Shown here one piece after another: positions 44,086 through 54,117 of a stretch of 64,000 bases of DNA; within the stretch, counting starts at the first letter, position 1; each line of letters opens with the position of its first letter. Under the pieces are notes generated by a model. The model ran no database searches, was not told the origin of the DNA, and was given only the letters and a program-made list of their open reading frames with translations. A program made the translations under genes and the position numbers. This stretch comes from Escherichia phage APECc02. The DNA lies in sequence record NC_041869.1; one strand, given 5' to 3'.

Positions 44086-47000
44086 TGCCAATTGCAATGA
44101 TTGATAACATCGTTGCTTCTGCAAGATCTTCAAGTTATGACTGGAACGCATCCAAGGCAGCTCTGGCTGACAGCCTGAACACTGTGACCACCAGAACTTT
44201 GGATAAGATTTTTGAGGGCAACAAATCTTACAGAAGTCAGCAAGATAGACAAAAGCTTCTCAGATCTTCTGCTGCACCTTGCTCTGTAGTGTATGGAAAG
44301 ACACGCACATCTGGATTGCTTGCGTTTTTGGAGCAGGATAGCGACAGAACCCTCCATTGTGCTATTGTTCTTGCCAATCACCCTCTGGAAGGTATAGAAG
44401 ATATACTTATCGACGGTAATCCTATTTCCTCGTATGGAGATCTGGTATCGTGGGAGCTACATAACGACAGAAAAACATCTGATCCTTTCATGGGTACACA
44501 CTGCCCATCATGGTCACCTGACATGATAGGTAGAGGGATCAGTTGGCTACGTGCCAGCTTCAGGTTTGACCCTAACAAGTTTCCTTTTGGGTTGCCAAAC
44601 GTTACACTCGTTAAGGTTGGTAAAAAATGCTATGATCCTCGCATCAGTAAAGAGGTGTATACCAATAACGCGGCCTTGGTGATTCTAGACTATTTAAGAA
44701 CGTACCTTAAATGTCCTGACGAAACCATCAACTGGGAGTCCTTCAAGGAGGCTGCTAACATATGCGACGAGGCGGTAAAAAACGCAGACGGAACCAGTGA
44801 GCGCCGATACACCATTAATGGCGAGTTTGACATGGACGAGGCTCCGGCAAGCATTATGGCAGAAATGCTGAAAGCTTGTGGCGCAGATCTCAGCTATGTA
44901 GCTGGTAAGTATGGTTTGCTGGTTGGTGCATACTATGGCCCGGCAACAATGACGCTGAGTGAGGATTGTGTCTGTGGTGAGGTCAAGATCTATCCGGAAG
45001 CCTCATTTGACAAAAGATCCAACACAATAACTGGCAGATTCACTAGTCCGACCAAAGGGTATTCTGAAACAGATTTTCCATCAGTGTTTGTCCCAGAGTG
45101 GATAGAGAAGGATGGAGAAAGAAAGATAATCGATATAGACTATCGCTTTGTTACCAGTCCTTATCAAGCTCAGCGTGTTTCTGCAATCTTCCTAAGACGT
45201 GCCAGAGCTGGCAGGATTATTGAAGTCACCTGCAATATGCGAGGTTTCAAATTTAAACCTGGTCGTTACGTTACAATGGACCTCCCAAGTATTGGTATAG
45301 TGGGCCAAGAAATGAGAGTTCTTGAATGGGAGTTTACCAAAAAGGGTGGTGTCAAGGTAAAACTTCGTCAAGATGCTAAAGAGTGGAATGATGCCACAGG
45401 ACAACTTCCGGATTCTGGCGATGTAGATATTCCAATATCTCCATCTGGTGTAGCTCAACCGCAAAACTTCAGATATTCCGTTCTCCAAGCTGGAGAAGTA
45501 ACTCACGGTGTTTTGGCTTGGGACAACGTTGGGACCTACGCTCAAAATATTGTGCAGGTAAGAAAGAACGGAGAGATTGTTTGGACAGCACAAACAGTTG
45601 AGCAGTTTGTCCGAGTAGAAGGCTTGACCAAAGGGTCATACACAGCAACCGTGGTTGCAACATCTTATAAAGGTGGCGTATCTCCGGAAGCATATTGTGA
45701 GTTCAACATTCAGGCACCTGAAGCTCCTGTTTCTGTGGAGGTTAAACAGGGATACTTTGCTATTACCCTGATCCCGCACAGCAGAGACTTGGCTAGTGTA
45801 AGCACCCAGTACGACTTTTGGACATCTGGGATGACAAGATTGCCAGATACCAGTGATGCAACCGTTACTTCAAAAGCCACTCGTATGGGTGTTGGTTCAA
45901 CTTGGACATCTGAAGGTCTGCAGAACGATAAGATTTATTACTGGTATATCAGGACAACAAATGCTTTTGGTTCATCTGCTTTTGTGGAGTGTGCAGCCCA
46001 CTGTTACACATCCATAGAAGATCTTATGCCACAGATTGATGCTGAGTTCAAAAAGACAGAGACTTATAAAGAGCTTACCGCCAATCTTGATAATGCAGTC
46101 AAGGAAATGGATAAAAATGTTGGTGCAGTCAATGACCGTGTTACTAGCATTTTTGAAGAGCTTGGGGATACAATAGAGGGTGTTGTCAGAGAGACGACAG
46201 AAAAATTTACAGGGGTTAATGGAGAAATTTCTGCCCTTAACAGTAAGCTGGTAGCAGCTCAGCAATCCTTTGACGATAAACTTGCAGCAGAGTCTGGTAG
46301 GCTTGGGTCACTAATCGAGACAACAAATAGATCAACCGTTGATCTTGTTAATCGTAAAACTCAAGCATTGAGTGAGCAAATAACTGCAACGCAAGGTACT
46401 CTGCGGGAAGAGTTGAAGAACACTGAGAGCAAACTTAACTCCTCTATTCAAGAAACCAACAAGGCAACAACCGATCTGCTAAATAAGACAACGGAAGCTA
46501 TTAAGCAGGATCTGGTGGCAGCTACAGGGAAGATCACCAAGCTGGAAGATGATGTGCAGAAAGAGGTTGCCAATCTGCAAGCATCTATTCAAGAAACTAA
46601 TAGTACAACAGTTGATCTTGTTAATAATACAGCCACAGCGATCCGTCAAGAACTTACCTCTGCAAAACAAGAAATTGTTGACGAAATGGGTAATATTGAT
46701 GAGCTCAGGGCTACAGTATCTAATACCTCTAAAGCTGTAACAACACTTGAGGGTAAAATAGATGCTCAGTGGGGAGCTAAGATTCAGGTAGACTCCGCAG
46801 GGAATAAATATGTTGCAGGTATCCAGCTGGGGATGGAAGGATCTGGGGGCCAAGTTCAATCCTACTTCATGGTTAGTGCAAACAATTTTGCGGTATACAA
46901 CCCCGGAAATGGAACAGCAACCCTTGCTTTCGCAATCAAGAACAACCAAGCGTTCTTGAAAGACGCTTTTATAGAGAATGGCACGATCTCCTCTGCCAAG

Positions 47001-47684
47001 ATCGCACAAGAAATTTCGTCAAACAACTACGACGGCAACGGGTACCATAAATACGGTTGGTATATTAACAAGAACGGGCACGCCCAATTCATGGATGTGT
47101 GGGTGAAAGGCAACATCAACGCCAGTTCTGGTAACTTCACAGGGGCAGTTAACGCCACTAGTGGTACCTTCCGTGGGGATGTTTATGCCAATAATGGTAG
47201 CTTTAGAGGCACCATAGATGCAACCGGAGGTACCTTCCGTGGTCGTGTAGAGGCTTCTGTTATCCGCGCTAACCAGTTCGAAGGTGCAATTGTTGCACAC
47301 AGGACTTACGGGGATTGTGCCCCAGTATATAACTCCCAGCAAAGGGTTTGCCGTTGGAGGTGGAGATACGTAGATAACGTTTCAGGTCAGGGTAAGAACG
47401 TAACATTCTTCTTTAAACTGAATGGTACTCTTGCCAGCTCCCAACTGAATGCATGGATAGCTGGTCATCAGATCCTTGCTGGCAAGAAGTATTTTAACGA
47501 CAACAACGGCATGTGTGCGGTAGGGATAACAGGTCTGGGTGAACAAACTATAGACATTGTTATCGAGATTTACACACCGTGGTCAACGTCGAGCGTGACA
47601 GGTGTCACAATCTCCTGTCCTACTGTGATAGTAAGTCGTTCAAACTCTAGCTTCCAGGGACCTTGGAACGAGTCTCACGACTAA
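44085..47684 (+). CDS. large tail tip / host-specificity-like protein
   Basis: 1199 aa; three tandem repeats (ETTNRSTVDLVNRKT, QETNKATTDLLNKTT, QETNSTTVDLVNNTA) in a coiled-coil-like region and C-terminal GNFTGAVNATSGTFRGDV...GGTFRGRV repeats. Confidence 0.55.
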   Translation: MPIAMIDNIVASARSSSYDWNASKAALADSLNTVTTRTLDKIFEGNKSYRSQQDRQKLLRSSAAPCSVVYGKTRTSGLLAFLEQDSDRTLHCAIVLANHPLEGIEDILIDGNPISSYGDLVSWELHNDRKTSDPFMGTHCPSWSPDMIGRGISWLRASFRFDPNKFPFGLPNVTLVKVGKKCYDPRISKEVYTNNAALVILDYLRTYLKCPDETINWESFKEAANICDEAVKNADGTSERRYTINGEFDMDEAPASIMAEMLKACGADLSYVAGKYGLLVGAYYGPATMTLSEDCVCGEVKIYPEASFDKRSNTITGRFTSPTKGYSETDFPSVFVPEWIEKDGERKIIDIDYRFVTSPYQAQRVSAIFLRRARAGRIIEVTCNMRGFKFKPGRYVTMDLPSIGIVGQEMRVLEWEFTKKGGVKVKLRQDAKEWNDATGQLPDSGDVDIPISPSGVAQPQNFRYSVLQAGEVTHGVLAWDNVGTYAQNIVQVRKNGEIVWTAQTVEQFVRVEGLTKGSYTATVVATSYKGGVSPEAYCEFNIQAPEAPVSVEVKQGYFAITLIPHSRDLASVSTQYDFWTSGMTRLPDTSDATVTSKATRMGVGSTWTSEGLQNDKIYYWYIRTTNAFGSSAFVECAAHCYTSIEDLMPQIDAEFKKTETYKELTANLDNAVKEMDKNVGAVNDRVTSIFEELGDTIEGVVRETTEKFTGVNGEISALNSKLVAAQQSFDDKLAAESGRLGSLIETTNRSTVDLVNRKTQALSEQITATQGTLREELKNTESKLNSSIQETNKATTDLLNKTTEAIKQDLVAATGKITKLEDDVQKEVANLQASIQETNSTTVDLVNNTATAIRQELTSAKQEIVDEMGNIDELRATVSNTSKAVTTLEGKIDAQWGAKIQVDSAGNKYVAGIQLGMEGSGGQVQSYFMVSANNFAVYNPGNGTATLAFAIKNNQAFLKDAFIENGTISSAKIAQEISSNNYDGNGYHKYGWYINKNGHAQFMDVWVKGNINASSGNFTGAVNATSGTFRGDVYANNGSFRGTIDATGGTFRGRVEASVIRANQFEGAIVAHRTYGDCAPVYNSQQRVCRWRWRYVDNVSGQGKNVTFFFKLNGTLASSQLNAWIAGHQILAGKKYFNDNNGMCAVGITGLGEQTIDIVIEIYTPWSTSSVTGVTISCPTVIVSRSNSSFQGPWNESHD

Positions 47685-47692
47685 CCTTTAAA

Positions 47693-47720
47693 GCCCCGCT
47701 TCGGCGGGGTTTATTTTTAT
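47693..47720 (+). terminator. rho-independent terminator
   Basis: gccccgc-ttcg-gcggggt hairpin plus T-rich run. Confidence 0.8.
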
Positions 47721-47727
47721 GCTCAGA

Positions 47728-47756
47728 TTGACTATTGTTACAAAATTTGGTAAAAT
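47728..47756 (+). promoter_or_regulatory. sigma70-like promoter (TTGACT-N17-TAAAAT)
   Basis: Near-consensus hexamers with TGG upstream of the -10. Confidence 0.55.
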
Positions 47757-47789
47757 ACCTTGTAGAGATTTTCATACCGGAGGAGTGAC

Positions 47790-49280
47790 GTGGCTAAGTA
47801 TGGATTGACAGAGGCTGGTTTCGTTATACCAACCCTAAATGACCTAATCGTTGAAACTAAGCAAAGCCTGATCCGTGCTTTTGGCGAAAACTTCAACGTA
47901 CAGAGTAACTCCGTTGCAGATAAGCTGACCACTATCTTCAACGAGCGAGAGTATCAACTTATTCTTATGGCAGCATCTGTATACGCATCACAGACGCTGT
48001 ATGGGGCAGAAGGTATTTATCTGGATGAGCTTCTTGGAAGACAGGGTATTTACCGAAGAGGCCGTTCTAAATCATCAGGTACCTGCCAGTTGACGATCAA
48101 CACAACTGTGCCGTACAATATGATTTATGATTCCAAAACTTATACGCTGGATAGTGGCAACTTTGTTCTTAGCAATGATGTGCAAGTGGCAGGGAATCTT
48201 ATTGCTCACAGAATAAATGCTCCAGACCTGAGGATTGGTAAATACAACTTTCAAATTACCAACCAGACAGATGGAAGTATCAAAACAAAAAGTTTGGTTT
48301 TAACAGATAAGGCTCTGGACTCTTCTGATCTGCCAAGCTTTTACGGAGAGATTAAGCAATTCATTGTCGATAATACAACCCTGTTGAACGACGATTTGAT
48401 TCAGATCGATATGTTGACAGGAACGTTGTGGATAGGGTACAATTCGAATCTTGATCAAGTTGGACTTAATAGTAGGGTAGATTTCAGAGTATCCCCGATT
48501 GTAGGGGAAAGAACTATCACCCTGGATGTTATCGCTAACGAGGCTGGTGAGCTGTCAAGAGAGGCAGAAACCGTGACAACAATGTCACCTACTCCCAGTG
48601 GATTTATCAAGCTTACCAACAGAGAAAGATTCAATGAGGGCAGGGATGTTGAGAAAGACTCAGAGTATCGCTTAAGAGCTTCCAGCACAAAACAGTTAAC
48701 ATCTAAGGCTACCCGTCCTGCAATCCTTAGCGCTGTAAGCGAGGTGAAAGGTGTTGAGAAAGTGAGAGTGTTCTCTAACAATACCGATAAAACTGATGCT
48801 AAAGGTATACCTCCTTACAAGTTCCAAGTGGTTGTGTTTGGTGGTGCAACGGAGGACATTTGCCAAGCACTTTACCAAACTATAGCCTGTACGAACAGGA
48901 CTTATGGTAATATTTTCTACGATGTCACTACATCTGACGGTCAAACTGAAAGAATTTATTACTCCAAGGCAAATACCTACCGCTTGGATGTAAGAATTAC
49001 CTACTCCGGTGCTGCGCTTTCCACAACCGAAAAAGATGCCATTGTAGAGGCTCTTTTGCAGGTTGTTAACGGACTGGATGTTGCAGATACGTTATACAAT
49101 ATCCAATTGGTCGGTGCTGCATCCGCTGCTGTGTCAATAGGCAGATTTAATAGACTGGTAATTCAAGTTAAATCCGTAGGAGCTTCTGATGAAGCTTACA
49201 CTACAAACGATATTGTTGCGAACATGACCGAGGTGTTTGACCTCGACGAAAGTAATATAACTTTCCAACAAACTATTTAA
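47790..49280 (+). CDS. hypothetical baseplate wedge protein (possibly J-like)
   Basis: 496 aa, GTG start with GGAGG RBS; assignment from size and position upstream of the fibre genes only. Confidence 0.4.
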   Translation: MAKYGLTEAGFVIPTLNDLIVETKQSLIRAFGENFNVQSNSVADKLTTIFNEREYQLILMAASVYASQTLYGAEGIYLDELLGRQGIYRRGRSKSSGTCQLTINTTVPYNMIYDSKTYTLDSGNFVLSNDVQVAGNLIAHRINAPDLRIGKYNFQITNQTDGSIKTKSLVLTDKALDSSDLPSFYGEIKQFIVDNTTLLNDDLIQIDMLTGTLWIGYNSNLDQVGLNSRVDFRVSPIVGERTITLDVIANEAGELSREAETVTTMSPTPSGFIKLTNRERFNEGRDVEKDSEYRLRASSTKQLTSKATRPAILSAVSEVKGVEKVRVFSNNTDKTDAKGIPPYKFQVVVFGGATEDICQALYQTIACTNRTYGNIFYDVTTSDGQTERIYYSKANTYRLDVRITYSGAALSTTEKDAIVEALLQVVNGLDVADTLYNIQLVGAASAAVSIGRFNRLVIQVKSVGASDEAYTTNDIVANMTEVFDLDESNITFQQTI

Positions 49281-49291
49281 GGCGGCGAGAT

Positions 49292-49978
49292 ATGGCAGAG
49301 ATTAAGTCGGATGTTAACCACATCCACACTCTGCCAGATTTTGTTCAGGGGGGTCTTGACTACCTGCCTGGAGATTTTCTGGCTGAGAAGGTTAATTTAG
49401 TCACATTCTTAACCGTATACCTTAAAAGGTTGGAGGATGTTGATAAGATGCTGGTAGGTTTGGCTGAAGGAAGATTGCTTAACAATGCCAGCGGAAGATA
49501 CCTTGACGAAGTTGGTAATCAACTTGGTATTCTTAGGAATGGACTTTCAGATGCTGATTTTCGTGCCACACTAATTATTCAGCAGGCCGCAGCATCAAGG
49601 GGCGGGACTCGCGAAGATGTCATCTCCACCTTGCGACAATTGTTCGGAAGAGACAATTTCGATACGTGGAAAGGAGACAACTTCAGGTTTGACATAAATA
49701 TTAGAAAAACTTGCTTTGACATATTGCAGTCTATAGATCAGATCTTAGATATGCTACCATTGCCTTGTCATTTGCGTCTTACAGAATCGCAAGGGCAAGC
49801 TTTTGGTTTTGAAGGGGACTCTACAGCTCTTGGCTTCGGATCAGTGTGGGAAGAAAACCAATTCGGAGTTGGTGGGCTGGCTACTTTGCTATATGTTCCT
49901 GACGTAAGACCTGATTGGGACACCACAACCATTTATTGTGAAAGTATTACAGTAAACGCAACTAGACAGGAGGGTTAA
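49292..49978 (+). CDS. hypothetical baseplate protein
   Basis: 228-aa ORF; stop overlaps the next start. Confidence 0.4.
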   Translation: MAEIKSDVNHIHTLPDFVQGGLDYLPGDFLAEKVNLVTFLTVYLKRLEDVDKMLVGLAEGRLLNNASGRYLDEVGNQLGILRNGLSDADFRATLIIQQAAASRGGTREDVISTLRQLFGRDNFDTWKGDNFRFDINIRKTCFDILQSIDQILDMLPLPCHLRLTESQGQAFGFEGDSTALGFGSVWEENQFGVGGLATLLYVPDVRPDWDTTTIYCESITVNATRQEG

Positions 49979-52050
49979 TGGCAACAGCTGTTTTTAAACC
50001 TTACCGTGATTACTCTACAATGGCTGCACAGTTTCACTACCGAACAGTTCAGGATACTGCCGTTCCTGGTAGGGATTATAATCATGTTGAGGGCGATGTA
50101 ACTATCCCAATTGGGGCAACCAGTATTGAGATCCCCGTGGAAATTGTTGACAAATTACCCAACAGGTTACCAAGAAGCTTCTTTATGGAGTTTTCATCAA
50201 AATCTCAAGGGGTGATGATTGGGACACAAAGGGCGAAATGTACAATAGTTTCAGATGAGAATCTTGACAGGATATCCTGGGATACTGTTGAGGAGAGAAT
50301 GTTTCACCCAAGATATTGGGTTACAACCACTCAGCAGACTGAAAGTACCTGTATTGTTGCAGATGACAACTGTTGTATTAACCGTTTAGTGTCAAGAACA
50401 TATGGAGGTATGGCTGGGTGCATTTGGGAAACAGTTGACAAGTATGACCATTTCGGTATTGGGTTTGATGATCACTATGAGATGAGAAACACCAAGCTTT
50501 GGTTCAGAATGTCAATAACCAATGCCAGCAACTTCTCCACTCCTGAAAAGATGATTATGACTGTAGACCTTGTTGATGGCACAATCATCTATGTTCCTTT
50601 AGCTCAATATGCTGTCAGCATCTCAGAGGATAAGAATGTTGCAGAGATTCATATTGATTTCGAGGACTGCGTCGGGATGGATCAGAACAACAACATGATG
50701 GGTGTTGATCCTCGGCAGGTGAGAAGGATTTTAATACCGCTTATGCCTAAAGACTGGGTAAGTAATAGCACAGACCCGAGAACGGAAAATGTAGAGTGTG
50801 AGTTGCGCCTAGATCTGCTTCAGCCAGACACGGGCTGGAAAATGATGCAACTTAACAATATTCAGGTTAAAGAGCACGACGTCGGGATCTGCACCGCATA
50901 TGACGATATGTGGAACGTATCTCCTTTAAGGGTGTTGAACAATATCAAGCGTCTGGGCTATACCGGAACCATAAACCACTATGTTGGTATGAGTCATTAT
51001 TATGACTACACATGGTCAGGAACCCAATGGTCTATAAACAGAACAGGGGCGCTAAACGCTGCAGCTTATAAATGGCATGATGATTTTATGTACAATGCCA
51101 AACGACACAACTTCGACGTTATGCAGTCTGTAAGTTTTGAGCTTTACAGCGATGCCTGTCCGTTGGAATGGACCCAAAGAGACTGGAACGATAACTACGC
51201 TAAAACAGGGTATACACCTTGTAGCTACCTCCTGTCTCCAACCATTGAAGAGGGTATGAATTTCCTTACGGCAGTATTTAAGAATTTTGCATCAGCCGCT
51301 ATGAGAAACAACCTGCCAGTGATTATGCAGGTTGGTGAACCGTGGTGGTGGTTCAATACCGATACTCGTAGACCTTGTATTTATGATTACCCTACAAAAC
51401 AGGCGTTTTATGATGAGACAGGTGAGTATGCATTAGATATTGGGACTATTGACGATCCTAAAACTGGCGGTGTTTACGACAAGTATGTAGCATTTTGTCG
51501 TGGTAAGCTTGGCGCTCGTATTGCGGCTATTTCAAAGGCAATAAAGGCACACGCTGCATCAGCTCAGATGACAGCTTTACTGTTTTTCCCAACTATTATG
51601 GAAACCGAGCTTACGCAAAAGCTGAACCTTGCCGACCAATATAAAAAAGAAGCAGGTGCTCTTGATTTCTTCTGCACCGAGTGCTACGATTGGGTGATGC
51701 AGGGAGGTATTGAAAAGGCAAAAGAGTCTGTAAACATACCTATCGTTAAGTTAGGTTGGCAACCGTCTGAAATACAATACCTTGCAGGGTTCGTTCCTAG
51801 TAAAGAGCTTGCTCCGGTATATGGCTACGACCCAACCAGGAATTACCAAGAATTTTTATGGAGATGTATTTGCGGAAACATGGCAACTATAGAGTATAGA
51901 TATCCTGAGGTAAAACAGTATGTGTGGGCATACCCGCAAGTAATGTCTGACAGCATCACTGTTACCGCTAGAGATTCTACCGTGCTTCATATGGGGCAGG
52001 TTGCTCTGAAAGGGTATGTAGAAGATGTTGTCCCGCCAGACTTCTCATAA
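49978..52050 (+). CDS. large tail protein, possible glycoside-hydrolase-like domain
   Basis: 690 aa; Trp-rich segment MQVGEPWWWFNTD reminiscent of TIM-barrel glycosidase active-site regions. Speculative. Confidence 0.4.
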   Translation: MATAVFKPYRDYSTMAAQFHYRTVQDTAVPGRDYNHVEGDVTIPIGATSIEIPVEIVDKLPNRLPRSFFMEFSSKSQGVMIGTQRAKCTIVSDENLDRISWDTVEERMFHPRYWVTTTQQTESTCIVADDNCCINRLVSRTYGGMAGCIWETVDKYDHFGIGFDDHYEMRNTKLWFRMSITNASNFSTPEKMIMTVDLVDGTIIYVPLAQYAVSISEDKNVAEIHIDFEDCVGMDQNNNMMGVDPRQVRRILIPLMPKDWVSNSTDPRTENVECELRLDLLQPDTGWKMMQLNNIQVKEHDVGICTAYDDMWNVSPLRVLNNIKRLGYTGTINHYVGMSHYYDYTWSGTQWSINRTGALNAAAYKWHDDFMYNAKRHNFDVMQSVSFELYSDACPLEWTQRDWNDNYAKTGYTPCSYLLSPTIEEGMNFLTAVFKNFASAAMRNNLPVIMQVGEPWWWFNTDTRRPCIYDYPTKQAFYDETGEYALDIGTIDDPKTGGVYDKYVAFCRGKLGARIAAISKAIKAHAASAQMTALLFFPTIMETELTQKLNLADQYKKEAGALDFFCTECYDWVMQGGIEKAKESVNIPIVKLGWQPSEIQYLAGFVPSKELAPVYGYDPTRNYQEFLWRCICGNMATIEYRYPEVKQYVWAYPQVMSDSITVTARDSTVLHMGQVALKGYVEDVVPPDFS

Positions 52051-52062
52051 TCAGGAGATAAA

Positions 52063-53103
52063 ATGTCAAAACCTAGTTTTCCATTAGAGATTTGGGCAGA
52101 GGAGGATCAGGTTCTGCCTAACACCCACAGACAGAACAGGCTACGCCCGATTGATGATTTGTGGAGAAAAGGTTGGGATCTTGGTCAAAAGCCCTCATGT
52201 GAAGAACTTAACTATATTTTCAATATGCTCGGGACTTGGGCAAAATACATTGCTGACGAGCAGATCCCCGCTCAAGAAGGCCGTTATCTGGTACGTGATA
52301 ATAACTTGAGCGATCTTTTGAACATCCCTGTTGCCCGTAGAAACCTTGGGATTATCACTAAGGAAGAGGCAGACGCCAGGTATGTAAAAGTTACAGGTGA
52401 TACAATGACAGGCCCCTTGGGGTTGCAACGTATCAACTTTAAAGCTGCCGAGACAGATAAGGCTTGGATAGAGACAACTATTGGCCCAGATAAGACAACT
52501 CTCGACTTTGGGTTAAGTGATAATACCGGGTCGTTTGATGATGGTGGTACATCTACAGTGGATGCGTTCCGTTGGAGATTCCAGCCAACTCAGCCGGATA
52601 TTAATCCAGAGTTCACTTTGATGTACCTTAACGCGATCACGGCTAACCGTGCGCTGTTGAAAGTGGTAGGCAATGTTGAAGTTGTCGATAACATGAGGTG
52701 CAATAACCTTACTATCAGCAATACAGCGACATTCACCAACTGTAATGTGGCTAGTCAGTTGACGGCTGGGTCAGTGTATGTTAATGGTGGTGCAAGTTGT
52801 GACAGTATGGTTGTAAGAAGCCAGCACTGTGTTGTCGGTAACAGAAATGTGGTTCGCTCTGTGAACGGAGTGACGGCTAACGGTAACGGTGATGTAACGA
52901 TCACTATCCCGCAGACAGGTGTGCAAGACATCAGAATCGGTGCAAGACTTGTGGACGGAGTTTCTGAATCTCCAATCCGCAACGGCTACGTTGTCACAGG
53001 CTGGCATTTCGGTGACAAAAAAGAGATGCGTGGTTCAACCTACTGGGCAGGACCTTTACAAAAACTTGTAAATGGTCAATGGATCACTGTTAATTATGCA
53101 TAG
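52063..53103 (+). CDS. tail fibre protein (paralogue 1)
   Basis: 346 aa; collar-like motif ARRNLGI...EADARYV...GDTMTGPL; C-terminus YWAGPLQKLVNGQWITVNYA; followed by a Tfa-type chaperone gene. Confidence 0.7.
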   Translation: MSKPSFPLEIWAEEDQVLPNTHRQNRLRPIDDLWRKGWDLGQKPSCEELNYIFNMLGTWAKYIADEQIPAQEGRYLVRDNNLSDLLNIPVARRNLGIITKEEADARYVKVTGDTMTGPLGLQRINFKAAETDKAWIETTIGPDKTTLDFGLSDNTGSFDDGGTSTVDAFRWRFQPTQPDINPEFTLMYLNAITANRALLKVVGNVEVVDNMRCNNLTISNTATFTNCNVASQLTAGSVYVNGGASCDSMVVRSQHCVVGNRNVVRSVNGVTANGNGDVTITIPQTGVQDIRIGARLVDGVSESPIRNGYVVTGWHFGDKKEMRGSTYWAGPLQKLVNGQWITVNYA

Positions 53104-53117
53104 ATCGGAGGACTAGC

Positions 53118-53702
53118 ATGAAAATACTTCAAGAGTTTAAACTTTACCAACCGGGATCTGGCGAATACCGCACCAACAAGGAAACCAAGGAGCTGACCCC
53201 TCAAGAGGTTGAGGATTACACAGCATACACTGGGTATTTTTTACGTAATGATGATGGCGATTGGTATGTGCAGTCACGAACATTGCGACAAGAAAATCCG
53301 GGTTGTATCTTCCTACTTGTTGACGAGAAGGGAATTCTTAAGACATCTACAGAAGAACCTGATGCCTTATGGCCTGCTCCAGGTCTTCGTGTGGTTATCG
53401 CCAAAAAAGAAGAGGTACCAGAAAACATTATGCTTCACCACGACGCTTTGCGTTTAGTTGGTGATGAATTTGTCACAGATAATGAATTCTTTGTTCAACA
53501 GGCAGAGGGTGTCATAGAGACAGAACTTGCTTGGGCTACTGCTAGAATTGGTGCCTATCAAGACGTGATTGACCTTGAATATGATCTTACTGATGACCAG
53601 AAACGTAACATCAGAGATTTGAAAATGTACAGGGTAAAACTTCTTGAAATAGATACATCTAAAGCCCCTGACATTTTCTTCCCGGAGCGACCTACCCTCT
53701 AA
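53118..53702 (+). CDS. tail fibre assembly chaperone (Tfa-like)
   Basis: 194 aa; C-terminal LAWATARIGAYQDVIDLEYDLTDDQKRNIRDLKMYRVKLLEIDTSKAPDIFFPERP matches the conserved Tfa C-terminal domain pattern. Confidence 0.7.
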   Translation: MKILQEFKLYQPGSGEYRTNKETKELTPQEVEDYTAYTGYFLRNDDGDWYVQSRTLRQENPGCIFLLVDEKGILKTSTEEPDALWPAPGLRVVIAKKEEVPENIMLHHDALRLVGDEFVTDNEFFVQQAEGVIETELAWATARIGAYQDVIDLEYDLTDDQKRNIRDLKMYRVKLLEIDTSKAPDIFFPERPTL

Positions 53703-53713
53703 GAGGAGGTGTT

Positions 53714-54028
53714 GTGGAGTTGGATTTGGCGGCATTGTACGGTATCTGCATGGGTACCGTTGTCCCGATCTGTGTATGGGCTTTCAACCAGTGGCACACC
53801 AAATGGAAAGGCATTTCCAAGAGGTTGGATGAACTGGAGAAAGACCTCATCTTAGTGAAAAACAGTATGGTTACAAAAGATAAACTTGATTCCGTTATCG
53901 AGACCCGGTTAAGCAAGCTAGAGGCCGATATTAACGACCTTAAGCAGGATGTCAGGACAGATGTCTCCGGTATCCGAGCTGATGTACAAAAGATTTTGCA
54001 CATGCTCGTAGAGCATAGTAAAAGGTAA
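53714..54028 (+). CDS. small membrane protein with coiled-coil
   Basis: 104 aa; N-terminal hydrophobic segment (LAALYGICMGTVVPICVWAF) then heptad-like charged sequence. Confidence 0.45.
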   Translation: MELDLAALYGICMGTVVPICVWAFNQWHTKWKGISKRLDELEKDLILVKNSMVTKDKLDSVIETRLSKLEADINDLKQDVRTDVSGIRADVQKILHMLVEHSKR

Positions 54029-54038
54029 ACAAAGGTCA

Positions 54039-54068
54039 GAACGGAAAGGACTCCGTTCTTGCATTTTG
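54039..54068 (+). terminator. putative terminator
   Basis: gaacgga/tccgttc hairpin followed by a T-rich stretch. Confidence 0.55.
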
Positions 54069-54087
54069 TTCTCTAAAGTGTTAAAAT
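54059..54087 (+). promoter_or_regulatory. putative promoter (TTGCAT-N17-TAAAAT)
   Basis: Overlaps the terminator tail; upstream of the second fibre paralogue. Confidence 0.45.
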
Positions 54088-54117
54088 AGTCCTAAGGAAT
54101 TTTCTCAGGAGAACGCG

